Source: Balanoglossus misakiensis
Lineage: Eukaryota; Animalia; Hemichordata
NCBI GenBank assembly: GCA_040954595.2
Contig: CM082597.2
Location: forward strand, 8,266,343 to 8,330,342
DNA: 64,000 bases
Direction: 5' to 3'
Part shown: piece after piece, positions 41,201-53,987 of the stretch
How positions within the stretch are numbered: the stretch's first letter is position 1
Layout of the letters: every line of letters starts with the position of its first letter
Translations under genes and position numbers: made by a program
Notes under the pieces: generated by a model
Databases searched by the model: none
Seen by the model: the letters and a program-made list of their open reading frames with translations, nothing else
What the model was told of the DNA's origin: nothing

Positions 41201-41876
41201 CAACGGAGAGGTGGAAATCTCACCAGAAAAGCGAAAATACACCAACCACGTTTAAACCGTGAAATAAAAAAACCTTGCAAACACCGAGTTGTCTCATATA
41301 AAAACCTCAAAAAACGTATGGAATTATGCATGGAAAGATACCGTCGTCTTCCGACCTTCCGCTAAGCAAAAACTATACGTATGGAACTATCGTTCCGTCC
41401 ACCAGCAAAGAGACTTTCCGGAGAAAAACGTTCTCTACCCGTACCTTATGTCGCCACACAGACGTGCCATTCTGGCACAACCGTTCGACAGTATGGTCGA
41501 CTATTTTGACACTAAACATCCTGCAGCGCTGCCATCCTTTTCAAACTCACAAACTGGCTCTACTTGCGCTTAGGCAAGAGGCCTAGCAATAAAATTCTCA
41601 CAAAATATAACCCTATAAATATTACTAGACTTTCTCGATTATGACTTCCTGGTCTCCTGATTCGGTAGCCAGCGCAGCCATACCCAGAATAGCCGAGAGG
41701 CTAGCTGCACGCCCGCAGCTCGGAATGGTTTCTGGAATTAGACCTACTTCTGTACAACTACAAGGTGTTGTACGGATAGCTGCAAATCACCCAATACCAG
41801 ACAAAACAATCGAGCGACGGTAACGTAGCTATATAGGCGATTGTACTAAAAGCAACGACTGGAATATGAGCTTACC

Positions 41877-42030
41877 GAAAAGACGTCTTGATCCCGCGGC
41901 AAGTAGAAGGAAAGTGGTCGAAACCGGAAACGGGTCAATGATCACCTGTTGTTATGGTGAGTAGAACGTGTTACCCAATCACAGACCAAAGTTAGCATTA
42001 CGACACACTAATGAATATGCATACATGCTA
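41877..42030 (-). promoter_or_regulatory. Candidate promoter and first exon of a minus-strand transcript
   Basis: CpG-rich tract, ETS-like CCGGAA, CCAATC, octamer-like ATGAATAT; donor cg|gtaagc at ~41877, second donor ag|gtacgg near 41445; no coherent ORF could be assembled. Confidence 0.25.
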
Positions 42031-42336
42031 CAGCTGCATATTTTATTTCTTTAGAACGCTCTGGAACATGCTCGCATTCGAAAGAATATCTCATTTGCTT
42101 CTTGAGTGTGAGTGCATCATTGTCTACACAATAAAAATCGGGGGGGGGGGGCACAGTGGGTAATTTCTACCACAGCCACGCATTTCAAACCAGGCAAGCG
42201 AACTGCAAACTTCCGGTGTCTGAGCAACGGGTTTGATGTGCCTTGTGTTGTGCACACTATAATACTTATGTGTCAGTTTGGTCAGTCAGACCACGATACC
42301 CGAAATCGTAAAATGCTTGGGTTAGGTCGCGTCGAG

Positions 42337-44566
42337 GAGGCTGCAACTGCGGCCACAGGTCAAGTCGGTGTGTTTTGTAAAAGACGTATTTCATGTGGGA
42401 CCACAATTTGTGTCCTAAACCCCTGCGTCGCTCACGGTGATTGGTAGCTCTAATGTCCCTATGTCCCCTTTCCGTTCAGTCATTGGCTGCCTATACGTCA
42501 TTTCGTCTCATTAGTATTTACTGTTCCGAATTCAGCTCATTCATTGGCTGCTTTACGTTATTGTCCCTTGCCTCACTTTCGAGTGTTCATAGCCTCGTTC
42601 TTGTATGTGCTCCTCACCGTCACGTAATATGCGGGACTAGCCAAAGACTCCCAGACTCCAGGTGTTTCAATCTTGACTTTGTGAAGCCGCCAATTTTCCC
42701 CAACTAAAAAGAAACGTGGGCCTAGGAGCGACGTGATTGAATCATAGAAACTGTTTCGGGCAACAGAAACCCCAAGAGCATATTGACACTTTGCGATTTT
42801 TAAACCATCTTTTCATTTTTCCCCTTTTCAGTGTTTGTTTTGCCGTTACCAAACACATTGTCAAGCTAACGCAAAAAATAAAATCGCGTGGCTGAAAAGT
42901 ACTCCGTAATACCAATGTCTCTGCGCGCGCGCACACACACACACACATCAGCGCAGTTGCATATTTCGAATATAACAAGTACAAAAAAACACATCATTAT
43001 TTTATTTTAAAGATCTTTAGCTTAGCTAGTAAATTTGCGCCAAGACTCAACGCATTAAACGATTCAATCTGATATGTCGCTGGGCTAAAAATGCGCACAC
43101 TTCTACAATAATCGGCATTAGCCAACGTGGGTGCCGATAAACAGAATTAATTGCCCTATAAGTTTTCATATATTTTATGGCATGTTCAACATAAACTCGG
43201 GCAAAATTAAATTCTCTATTGAATACGAGCATCTCTGGGCGGTACGGACCACGCAACTCACGGGTTGGAAATCTCGTTAATAGCGGATACATATTTGGGT
43301 ATCCTTGGTCTGCCAAAAAATATACATCTCGTGGAATCTGCAATTCACCTTCCAACCCTATCGATGGTAACAATCTGTACTGCATGGCATCATTAGCATG
43401 TCCCAGAAATCCCCGGGCCCGACTGAATGAAAATAATGTTACATTGATTGTCCACAATAACTTGGGTGCTCATTGCATGATGACGAGCCCAAGAGAGACC
43501 ACCACAGGGCTGTACCATCTAGTGCGAGAGGCCCATGAATTATATGTGGACTTCTTGAGAAACACTCTCCCTGACACTATGGCGAATGTAAACCGCACGC
43601 TGGATCGCCTCAACGACCACTTAGACAGATTGTGAGCACACAACATGAATAAAATATTTTTTTATCTATCACCTAAGATTTGTCATTTATCTGTTTTTTT
43701 TTTAATATTCCCCACCACCAATGCAACAGCCCCTTACATGAAGACTTAGCCTTTTAGTGATAGTATCTTGTATCGATAAAGAGCATATTGCAAACATATT
43801 GAAGGAAATGCCAATACAATTGCCAGGAAACAAATAGCGAGAGCACAAACATTTCCCAGAGTTCCGCTGTTGAATATATCTTTTTTTATCTTTATACTGC
43901 CCAAATATGTTTTTATTTTCTAGGAATAGAAAAAAAAACACATATTTGACATTCAGGGGGTACTTAGACTCTATGGCAGTCGCTGTGCCTGTCGATAAGG
44001 AATGAAATTTTCATACTGCATACGACGCGCCGCCGCGCCGCGCCGCGCCAGGCAAAGCCACTAGCGACTGTGTGATTAGCGTCGCGTCCATATGACGTTC
44101 TAGCGGAGGCGCATTTCAGTATTGGGGCAAGACTAGGGAATGGCCCGTAGCTTTGACGCCGGAGCTTCATGACACGGTGACAAACAATAGGGTGCAGCGC
44201 AGGTGCAAAACAAATTTAGTCTTTACATATGTTTCGACCATGCTCTGTCTGGTAATGATTGGCTAGTCCCGCATATTACGTGACGGTGAGGAGCACATAA
44301 AAGAACGAGGCAATGAACACTCGAAAGTGAGGCAAGGGACAAGAACGTAAAGCAGCCGATGAATGAGCTGAATTCGGAACAGTAAATACTAATGAGACGA
44401 AATGACGTATAGGCAGCCAATGACTGAACGGAAAGGGGACATAGGGACATTAGAGCTACCAATCACCGTGAGCGACGCAGGGGTTTAGGACACAAATTGT
44501 GGTCCCACATGAAATACGTCTTTTACAAAACACACCGACTTGACCTGTGGCCGCAGTTGCAGCCTC
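42337..44566. mobile_element. Internally deleted PIF/Harbinger-like DNA transposon with ~320-bp TIRs
   Basis: 42337-42656 (gaggctgcaactgcggcc...) is the near-perfect reverse complement of 44247-44566; encloses a transposase fragment; no clear TSD. Confidence 0.85.
43047..43485 (-). pseudogene. Harbinger (HARBI1-like, DDE_Tnp_4) transposase C-terminal fragment
   Basis: RHHAMSTQVIVDNQCNIIFIQS / 7-bp insertion / GFLGHANDA..FLADQGYP..LLTRF..FNREFNFARVYVEHAIKYMKTYRAI. Confidence 0.85.
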
Positions 44567-44701
44567 GTAAATGCGTCCCGAACAGCAACACGCTCGCTCT
44601 TCCCACAGTCACTGTGCTCTACCTTACTGTCGATCGTTTCCATGTCAGTTTTACGTTGGCTCGTTACAATGCCCCTATGCTTATCGTAATTCCGGGATCG
44701 T

Positions 44702-45255
44702 AATTATTATTTTATTATTATTATGATTATTAGTTATCTTTATTTCAGACACAACCGTCCATAGAAATAGGTTACAAAAAAACTGACACAAACACTAGAA
44801 AAGTAATAAATAAAATAAATGTAAAGAATATAATAGTTTTAAGAATCAATATAAAATGTCAATCCAGTGGGCATAAAGCGCATATCACATGACACAAGGC
44901 GATTGATCAAGACATTGGGACTAGCACAGAGACGAACAGAAAAATTAAAAGCGACTTTTCTTCTCATGACGAGAAGCAGTTTACGGCGTTTAGAACACAT
45001 GTTTTAGAGACACTTTCGTGTCCGGGGTGACCAAGAAGTCTTCGAAGTGAATTATTGTGACATACGATGATATTCTGGATATTATACGAATTAAAATCGC
45101 ACCATAAATGAGAGTCATAAATGTTATTACAAAGGCATTAAATGAACGCAATTTCACATCGACAGAACACGAATTGGACTTTCTCAGGAGAAAATTAGGC
45201 CTAGCCCTTCCACACGTTATGTATTCGTGGTATGATAGTCCCACTGATCTGATAT
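44702..45255 (-). mobile_element. LINE 3' remnant (RTE-X-like)
   Basis: RARPNFLLRKSNSCSVDVKLRSFNAF motif; ends ctgaaataaag followed by a (TAA)n tail on the minus strand. Confidence 0.6.
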
Positions 45256-48200
45256 GACGACACGCTCGCTTTTTTTGTGGCCTTTTGTCCCGTTCGCCAG
45301 CACTGTGTATAGGCCTGCGTTTACCGTTAACACACTATCCCGTTCGCCAACTTTACTGAACTGCAAATTGAAGAATCGGTTTGCGGCTAGGCCGAAACGG
45401 TCGGGGTCGCGTACATTACAGGCCGAACCGATAAGATTAAGTGCCGTAACGACTTGCTACCAACTGGGAAGGCTACGAGCCAAGAGCATATTGCAGCTCA
45501 GTGTGGCAGGGCCGGTGGTGTGTCTTACGGGCGATGTCTCCACACACTGTACTGCTCTGTTTGATAAGAGTGTCCAAGCTTCGGACAAGGGTCATGTTCG
45601 GACTTATGTCTTAACTTTGCTTTGTAAACACATTACCAAAGTACAACCCACCCATGTTTGCAGAGAAATTAGATGAAGTCACATGGCGGAGTTCTCATCC
45701 TATCGGGATGCGTTTATCTCGGAATCGGCTGCTTTTCCATCGTCGAGTTTGATTTCATGTCCGATTCATAGTCGAGTTATATGATGATCCCTGGTTGATA
45801 TATATTTTTTTCGGGCGGGGGGGGGGGGGGTCATGGGATCGATAATTCGAGGCAGGAGAAGAAATATGTCGACAGCGCAAATTGCCATTTTCTCGCTTTG
45901 TTTCGTCGATTGTGACAACTTCAAAAGAATTAAACTTCGCTCTGCATTGGCCGATGGGTCTTAAATTTTACCCATCTAACAAAACGACTTTGTAGTCGAT
46001 AAAGTGCTCCCAGCTGGAATAAACGTTGATTCAATTCGACTCATCATGAATTTGATCCAATTTTCTAAAAACCTAACTTGCGGGCGCTGTTACTTCTCAA
46101 TGGACGCTGGAAACGTAACACAAACTGGTCGTTTTTTCATACTTGTGCTCTAAGTAGGATGTGTGGCCAACATTGTGACTTAATTTTTTGTTATTGACCT
46201 AATACCAAACGAGCTGATATTACCTTGTTTCGAAAAACTGTCCCAAAACTGCCAAACTCGAATATTCAAACATCACCAAAATTGTACAATATCTTACATC
46301 AATCAGTATGAGGAACATGCTTACCAAAGTTCAGAGCAATCCAACAGGTGGTTTCACAAACAAAAACTTCTGACGTAAAATTGCAACCTATAGGCAGCTT
46401 TATACTGAATTTTTAGAGAAATCGGCCAATCACTTTCATAGAAGATGTGGAAAAAATGACACAAGTCATAAAAAGTAGAAAATTAACGATATTAGGTTCA
46501 AACTTATAGAGCTCTGTGATGTTGGTAGTAGATATATGCATACCAATTTTCAGAGCAATCTGACCAGTAGTTTCCAGCTAATGCGTCCGAGAACAGCCAA
46601 AACAGAGAACAGAACAGCCAAAGTGAGAGAACAGAATAGCCAAAACTATCAACAGCGTTTAACTCCACATCTGTAAGCAGACAATTTGTTGGAGCGATAT
46701 TCAGGTCCAAGAAAACTCAAACTTCAATCAGACAGAACATACTGGTCATCACAATTGCCTTCTGATTGGAATCTGTATGGAAAAGCAACAACAAATACTA
46801 ATCCTTGTCTGAAATCAAAGAGACAGACAAAAGCACTCATTTTATCAGAATATTTATTTTAAGTATGCAAAAATCCTTACATGAAATCTCTGTCTATTTA
46901 TTTATCATGATAGGAAAATTGTTGGAATAAAAATATCAAAGATATTCCTTCCTAATGCTGCATATAATATTTACATACTCTGGCAGTCTTGTAAGTACAA
47001 TGAAATGTTAGTCAAAAGCTCTTCTTAAGAACTGAGTAATTCTCAGTACAAAAAGCAATATGTGGAAAATACCAACTTAGCATCTAATGCAAAATCAACA
47101 AAATTGAGGAATGGTGTCCCCCCTCCCCTTCAGCACTATACATGATTCTACAGCCTCATGGGGTCATTCTTCACACACACATAAAATGAATGGCTGATTA
47201 CATGAAATATTTTCGAAAAGTCAATAAGTGGTCACGAAAGGCTCTTGTTTTTGTTAAAATTAAAAAAAATGTTAGGAAATTCAAGAAAAGTAGAAAGCAA
47301 TGTTTTCAGGTTTTTTGGCTCTTGCATGATTCGTGCAAAATTATCGCTCATGAAAATTTCCTGTTTTACAGTACATCTTAAGTATCTTTTTTTCACACCA
47401 GAAGACAATGCATAGTTGCTTTGTGTATGGCAGACTTTGTATTACGATAGACACTGACAACCAGTTACATCTGTCTAGCATACAAATATGGTCATATTGA
47501 AATAAGGCATTACAATGGAAACGAAGTAAAGCTAATGCAAGAATTAGTACAGAACAAATCTATTCTGTTACTACACTGGAATAACCATTCTGTGTTATTT
47601 GATCTGTTTAAAAATTATTTTCTTTTATAATCAAGGAACTAAACACTGAAGAATGAATGGAGGTGATAGCTTTGGAATGGATGTGTGTGTACAGGAAATA
47701 CTGATGAGAATGATAAATATTCCAAATCCCCAACACTTGACTGTCTGGAATATTTGAAAATTCCTGCATACCTTGAGAAATTTCTGACATTTCTTTGGGG
47801 ATCTGGGTTTCATTTAGTATGGGGATCTGGGTTTCATTTAGTATATAGAAGTTACAATGGTAATGAAGGCATGAACAGTCTCCTGTTCATTATAGTCAGT
47901 TTCCTGTATGAATTTATTGATTCAGAATATCAAAAAGACTCATGTCATCAGCCAGCAGACTACTACTTGATTGTTGCTGTGTTTGTTGCATGCTGGGTGC
48001 CAAGCCCATCTGAGGTACCTGTGGTCACGGCCGTGGCTGGTGTCCTAGTGACAGCTGTTGTTGTTGTGATTGCTGTTGTTGTAAGAACTGCTGTTGCTGT
48101 CGCCATGTTTGTTGTGTTGCTGCTGGTTGTTGTTGTTGTGGTGGTGGTGGTGGAATGCTTGCTTGTGTTCCGTTGGCTTGTTGTTGCTGCTGCTATTGAA

Positions 48201-51099
48201 TGCAAACAAAATGGCTTTCTTTTTAAAGTCACTTCACAGAATGTGGTAATGTGTCAGGAGACAGCTCTGTTTAACGTTGTTCACATTTGTCAATCAGACT
48301 GAAATTTAGGGCGGCATATAGTAACTATGGCAAATAGATTTAGGCTGTGTCTAAAATTTGATGGTTAGTTTCAGGACCCCCATTGACCTAATTAATTATG
48401 TACATGCCTAATTCTACACTAACCAATCGATCTTTAGATTTTGTAGGACATAAATCAGTTTAGGATCAACACTTTTTGACAAAATTTTGGGTATCCACAG
48501 CAGATAATCCTTGGCATTCTGTAGAAACCCTGGGAATCGCTTGGGCCAGGTGAACACTGCTTGCAGCTTTAATTCACTATGTAATCAGATGCAGACATTT
48601 TGAAAACAACGTGATTTAAATTCTAAGGAAACTTTTGTTAAAGGGTTATGATCGACTAATGCGCATGTGCTAAAGCAAAAACTCTGGGTACAAAAACTTT
48701 ATCAATGACACAATTCTGTCTATACAACAGACAATATGGCGGCAACCATAGTCTGTGTTGTAGATTTGGAAAAGACAGCAAATTAAGTGAAAAGAAGAGA
48801 CAAAACGAAAGTCTTCTTTTATGGTGTGCAAGAAATATGGAAGGAAGCGAAGGCAGTCCACTATTTGAATGCACACACATAAAATTTGCAGATATTTGGA
48901 TTGGACGTTATTTTGTACACACAAATTACGCACATGTGCCTAAGAGTAAGAGGATTGTCGGCATTTAAAACTCACTAACTGTCTGCCACAGGTTATCATC
49001 AGTGCTTCCACACTGGTACCATGGAACAACTAGAAGAGTCAAAAATAAGACTGAGACAAGATTTGTTGTATTCCTCTGTCTAATTTAGGTCTGCTTTGGG
49101 CAAACAGTGCATTGAGTTTATTCTGCGTGACTGTCAGGTCCCCAATACATTAAAATAAGTTTGGGAATGGAACAGACCATGTTATTTGTAACATCAAGAA
49201 AGCTCCTTTTTTGAGAAAAATGATTTCATTTTTCCCCACATAACAATTCCCAGGAGTGACACGGGTTTCAGTGTTGGTTTTCAAAATATTCACTGTTCAC
49301 ATTATTGTGACAACTTACTTGTAAGAGGTGTCTTAGTTGTTGATGTGTTGTTTTACATTGGATGGCTGTGCTGGCACTGCTTGTTGTTGTTGTTGGGCTC
49401 TCTGTTGTTGTAACCTTTGTAACTGCTAATGTTGTTGATGTTGTTGTCTTAGTGCTATGAGTTGACTTTGTCTTGCATGTTGATCTTGCTGTTGTTTCAA
49501 TTCAATTTCTATTTTTCTGTGCCATCTCTAGATTCTTCTGCAGTGCTTGAATATTCCTCTGAAAGATCAAACAAAGAAAAGTGTAAACAGTCAAACATTG
49601 TCATGTGTCTACCTACAGGTAACATGACTACAGGAGCCTCAGCCAATCCAAGCTTTTCACTTGTGAGACTATTGAAATCAATTTAAAGCTCAGTAACTCC
49701 AACTTCGGGTTATTTCCTCAATAATTTTGTTTTGGTGGTCACCTTTCATTGAACAATGAATGGGCAAGTGCTTGCTCACTTCTTCAGTGAATTTCACTGT
49801 TTGTTTATCTCATCATAAAAACTTGGGCACCACAGTCCTTTGGACAAAAATATTCATGTGCGGTGATTTAAAATCAATGTTGCAAGAAGCAGAATTAATC
49901 ACAGGATTAACGGCTTCTGTTTGAAAAAATACTAAATGCTAAATATGCCATATGCCGCACACAGAGTGATCACATTAGTCAATTGGACCGCTGTTCCAAA
50001 TTACTAAAATGATTGCAACATTTTAATATTATATTTATTTTACAAACCCTTGCATCTGAGCTTCACTTTAAAGTACTTCCATTTACTAGTAGTACAAGTA
50101 CACATCAGTTAACATTGACAGCTAGGCATGACATCATAGATGTACGACTTCAAAATTGATATTCTGAACAGTGAGGGCGCTCTATCATAGAGGGTTTTAA
50201 TGAACATGTGTATTGAATTTCATGAATCAGATATGTTGATGAAAACTGCGTATTTTAACATACGCTTATAGTTAATGCATTTGCAGTATCTAGTCATATT
50301 ACAATAATACACCAGACATGTTCTTAACTCAACTCAATGTGTGTAAGTTGAATTTCTGACCATACTCAGATTACCCAAGTCCCTGTGACCAACTATACTG
50401 CAAGTATACAGAATTGAACTCCGGAAAAACTAGTCACCTTCAATACTTGAACTGGAGCCACATCCAAAACTTGACTTTCAGATCTTTTATCAAATCAGTT
50501 CTCCTTTTAGAATTAGAACTCCCATGCAATTTTTGTGACAGGAGAGAAAATTTAAATTGGACACCTGCAATCTGAATAATTTCTTCAGTCCCTTTGGTGT
50601 TAGACGGGTTTGACTGTACTTGAAAGTGCAGTTGATATACACAACAAAAATGCAAAAAAATTTAATTGTAGACAGTCAGAATTTTGAGGCTGGGAATCAT
50701 TTACATAGTTACCAGAGTCAATACTGTCACAGTAGTCCATTTCTCTATGTACCAAATTGTAATAAAACATTGCTATGCAGTCATGTTACCCTTCCAAGAC
50801 GCGAACACGAGGCCAGAGTAAAAACTTGATTGTCTTGTGTATCAACACTATAGTTGGGACTGACTTTCGACAGCCACATTTTATTGTAAGGTCAGTTTTA
50901 CACTCAACTTGTATCATGTATACAACAAACTAGATGAGCTCGAGCAGTACTCCGTAACCTACTGGCCTCCCTTTTCACATTGTCTGCTTGGAGATGACAC
51001 CTTATTTTGGAAGTGTGCCCTCTTTATGAAAAAGTGTATAATGTCATAATTCATGAAGTGTTCTGTTACATGTGTAACAGACAGAAATCAACACAAGTG

Positions 51100-51251
51100 C
51101 AGTCAAACCTGTCTATTGTGGCTAGTGAAGGGACTTTCCTAAACTGGCCATTATACCTGGTAAAAAGGTCAATTAATGTAGATATAAATTACACAGGGAC
51201 TAGAAAAATGTGGCCACTATATAGAGGTGGCCACTCACAGAGGTTTGACTG
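51100..51251. mobile_element. pogo/Tigger-like MITE
   Basis: CAGTCAAACCT...AGGTTTGACTG|TA terminal inverted repeats; a similar single end at ~50605-50617. Confidence 0.65.
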
Positions 51252-52319
51252 TATGTTAATTTGTGCCATGAATAGCAGACATTTACCAATGACAGTACAA
51301 TGTATGATTTCAGTGTCACATATCCATGTATTAGACACTTACATTGTACAAACACATACATCTTACTTTCTCTCCAAATTGTAGATACTCACCAACACGT
51401 GTATGTTGAATCCTGGTCTGCAACCACACTGGTAACGGGCTGGTGTGTTGTATCATACTTGTTGGCATGGCGACCAACCAGCTTGATCGCACTCATTGTC
51501 ATCTATGGGAAAAAACACAAATATCATAAATTGTGTTTGAATGAATACATCTGAATTACAGTTGTCCTTGAGTGCACATTTGAAAATATACGACAAGAGA
51601 AAAAAATTGAAAGAAACTTAATAAATATCATCTGGCATATAACTTGGACATATCATATGTTTATCTGTACCAGTACTGTATACTGATGAACAAACAATGT
51701 AGTAACCACATTACATTTTACAAGCTAGTGTTCTGCAAGCCAAAAATATCACACACGAGACAACAAACTCAATTAGTTTTTAAATGTGTAACTTTGGAAA
51801 GTGCCTGATAACTTGTATTTATTATTTGTTTTACATGGTGACTCGCTGTAAAGTCTGTCACTTACAACTTGTGTAAGCGCCCTTTTGAGGCAGGAAATTC
51901 CTATTGGCCTATCCCCTCCCCACTCAAATAAAAACTTACCTAAACAATTGACATGATCTGCACTCATAGAGAAACCATCATCACCACAACAACAGCTGAA
52001 TCAACCCTCTGCATTGAGACAACCTCCAGCACAGACAGAATCTGAACACTCATTCACATCTGAAAATAGAGAAAAAAAACATCCATTGTAATTATTCAAG
52101 TCAATACCAATCCTCCCTTCCATTAACAATTTCCCTAAAGGGAACAAATTCACATGGCTTTGAAATTAAGTATTAACAGTGATATTTTAATATTTCTAAC
52201 AGACACGACTTTTCTAAACTTTGAGTCTTTTTGTGGATTTGTAGAAATTATCTACAAACTGAGCTGTCAGGTCATGGCTGTTTGTGCTTTGGCATGCACA
52301 CATATCCCAGAATGGGCTA

Positions 52320-52942
52320 GTTATACTTTGCGAAACAACGAAACAGCGAAACAGCGAAACGACGAAACCATTATTAAAATAGGGGCCAGTCATCAAGACG
52401 GTGGCGTATGATTTTTTTAAAAGTTTCCAAATTAAAACGTAAGCGAGCCAAGAAAACTACAGGTCAGATAAATTGTTTTCTCGGAAATTCGACATTAGAA
52501 TCAAATTTGGCGTTGGAAACAAACGGCGGGTCGCCAGTTCCTGGTCTGCGGTCTGGTACTATGTAGTGGTAGAGTCGACGTCGTGTGCGCGCAAACGATT
52601 CATGCCAAACTGCTACATATACACAGTGAATACGCGCGCGCACAACGAAACCACAAAAGATCGAAACCTCAAAATGCGGCAGCAACTGACACTATTTCCT
52701 TAAATACCACAAGGCGGGGGAGGCATGAATTGCAATTAAGATAATAAAGAAATTTTGACAATGATACTGTGTTGTGTGAGTTACATGTGTTTCTATATAT
52801 AACTACTACTTTTACCCCCCATCAGTGTTTGACCCTCGAAAGCTTACGGACACTACTGCTTTGTTTCAACTAATCCTTCGCCCTGTGAATATACTCGTAC
52901 ATTGACCTTTTGGGGCGGGATTCTTTTTCGGCGGGCAATCGC
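52320..52942 (+). repeat. Left TIR of the MULE
   Basis: Inverted copy of 62892-63515; tandem CGAAAC(A/G) motifs near the terminus. Confidence 0.92.
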
Positions 52943-53675
52943 TAGCGGGCGTATGCATCGCCTTCTCAACACGAACAGCGTCACCATATAGTTACGTCAT
53001 TACGTCCGTTGCATGCTGTCAGTGTCGACGTCAGTGTAGAATAGAAGAAACCATGATGTCTTTCGAAGACGTTTTCATTTGATTTTTCGCGTAAGTTAAA
53101 CCCGGTTAAGTTATTTCTACAACCATTTGTTAGTGAGGCAAGCCTTTCCCTTTACCTTTAGACATTAGTATGGCATTGATCAATTTGAAAGGGGTGGGGG
53201 TCTGGGCAAGCGCCCACCCATATAAACGCCCGGGCGCTAACGCCGTCTCCAGTACGGGTAGTACATGGGAATACTTCGCTTGAGTTTCTTAAAAAGTATT
53301 AGTATACAAGAGTACGATTAACTATTGTGAAAATCAAAATATACACATATTATTAACATGATAATAATGGTTTAGATATTGTTAATGTCTCTTTTTCTTG
53401 ATTGTCAGGAACCATGAAAATGACTGGACGTGCAAGGAGTGCAGTTTCCTTAATGATGCCAAAGCAGAATGTTGCCGTGTTTGTCATGCAATCAGGTAAG
53501 AAACCTTCTAGTAAATGTTATTTCTTCTAAAATACTTTCTAGTAAATGTATGCGAGTGTAATTTAGAGTCGTCGCCAGTGTATTCTGCCCAGAATACACT
53601 GGGGAAGACTGTAAACACTCTTGCCGGTTGTTACTTTGTGTCACGATTAATTTTGAGATTACAGTGGAGCAATTT

Positions 53676-53987
53676 CGTCGTCGTTCATTCAGCCGTTGCG
53701 GTTGCTTGTGACTGCCATGACCATTTCTCTCCAATCCGCTCTGTTCTGGGCCATGGTTAGCGCTTCGTAGAGTTGCATGCCAGTGAGCGATTTGATGTTA
53801 TCAGTCCACCGCGTCGGGGGTCTGCCCCTCCCTCTACTGCCCTCAACCATACCCAATATAGCAATCTTTTCTATGCTGTCATCTGGTTTTCGTGTGGCGT
53901 GTCCGAAGTATGTGAGTTGTGCTCTATGAATGAGATTGAGTAGACTGTTTGGACGGTATACTCTGTCAAGCACGCTTGCATTGGTTT
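53676..53987 (-). mobile_element. 5'-truncated RTE-clade LINE with 9-bp TSD
   Basis: QLTYFGHATRK..IEKIAILGMVEGSRGRGRPPTRWTDNIK..AQNRADWR; GAGCAATTT at 53667-53675 and 53988-53996. Confidence 0.9.

Noticed and set aside
47685-48302. 205-aa Val-rich + strand ORF resembling a membrane protein
   Set aside because: Antisense of the Thr-rich (ACA/ACC) exon on the minus strand
52464-52703. Paired ORFs mirrored at 63094-63363 (likewise 42441-42707 and 44223-44462)
   Set aside because: By-products of terminal inverted repeats
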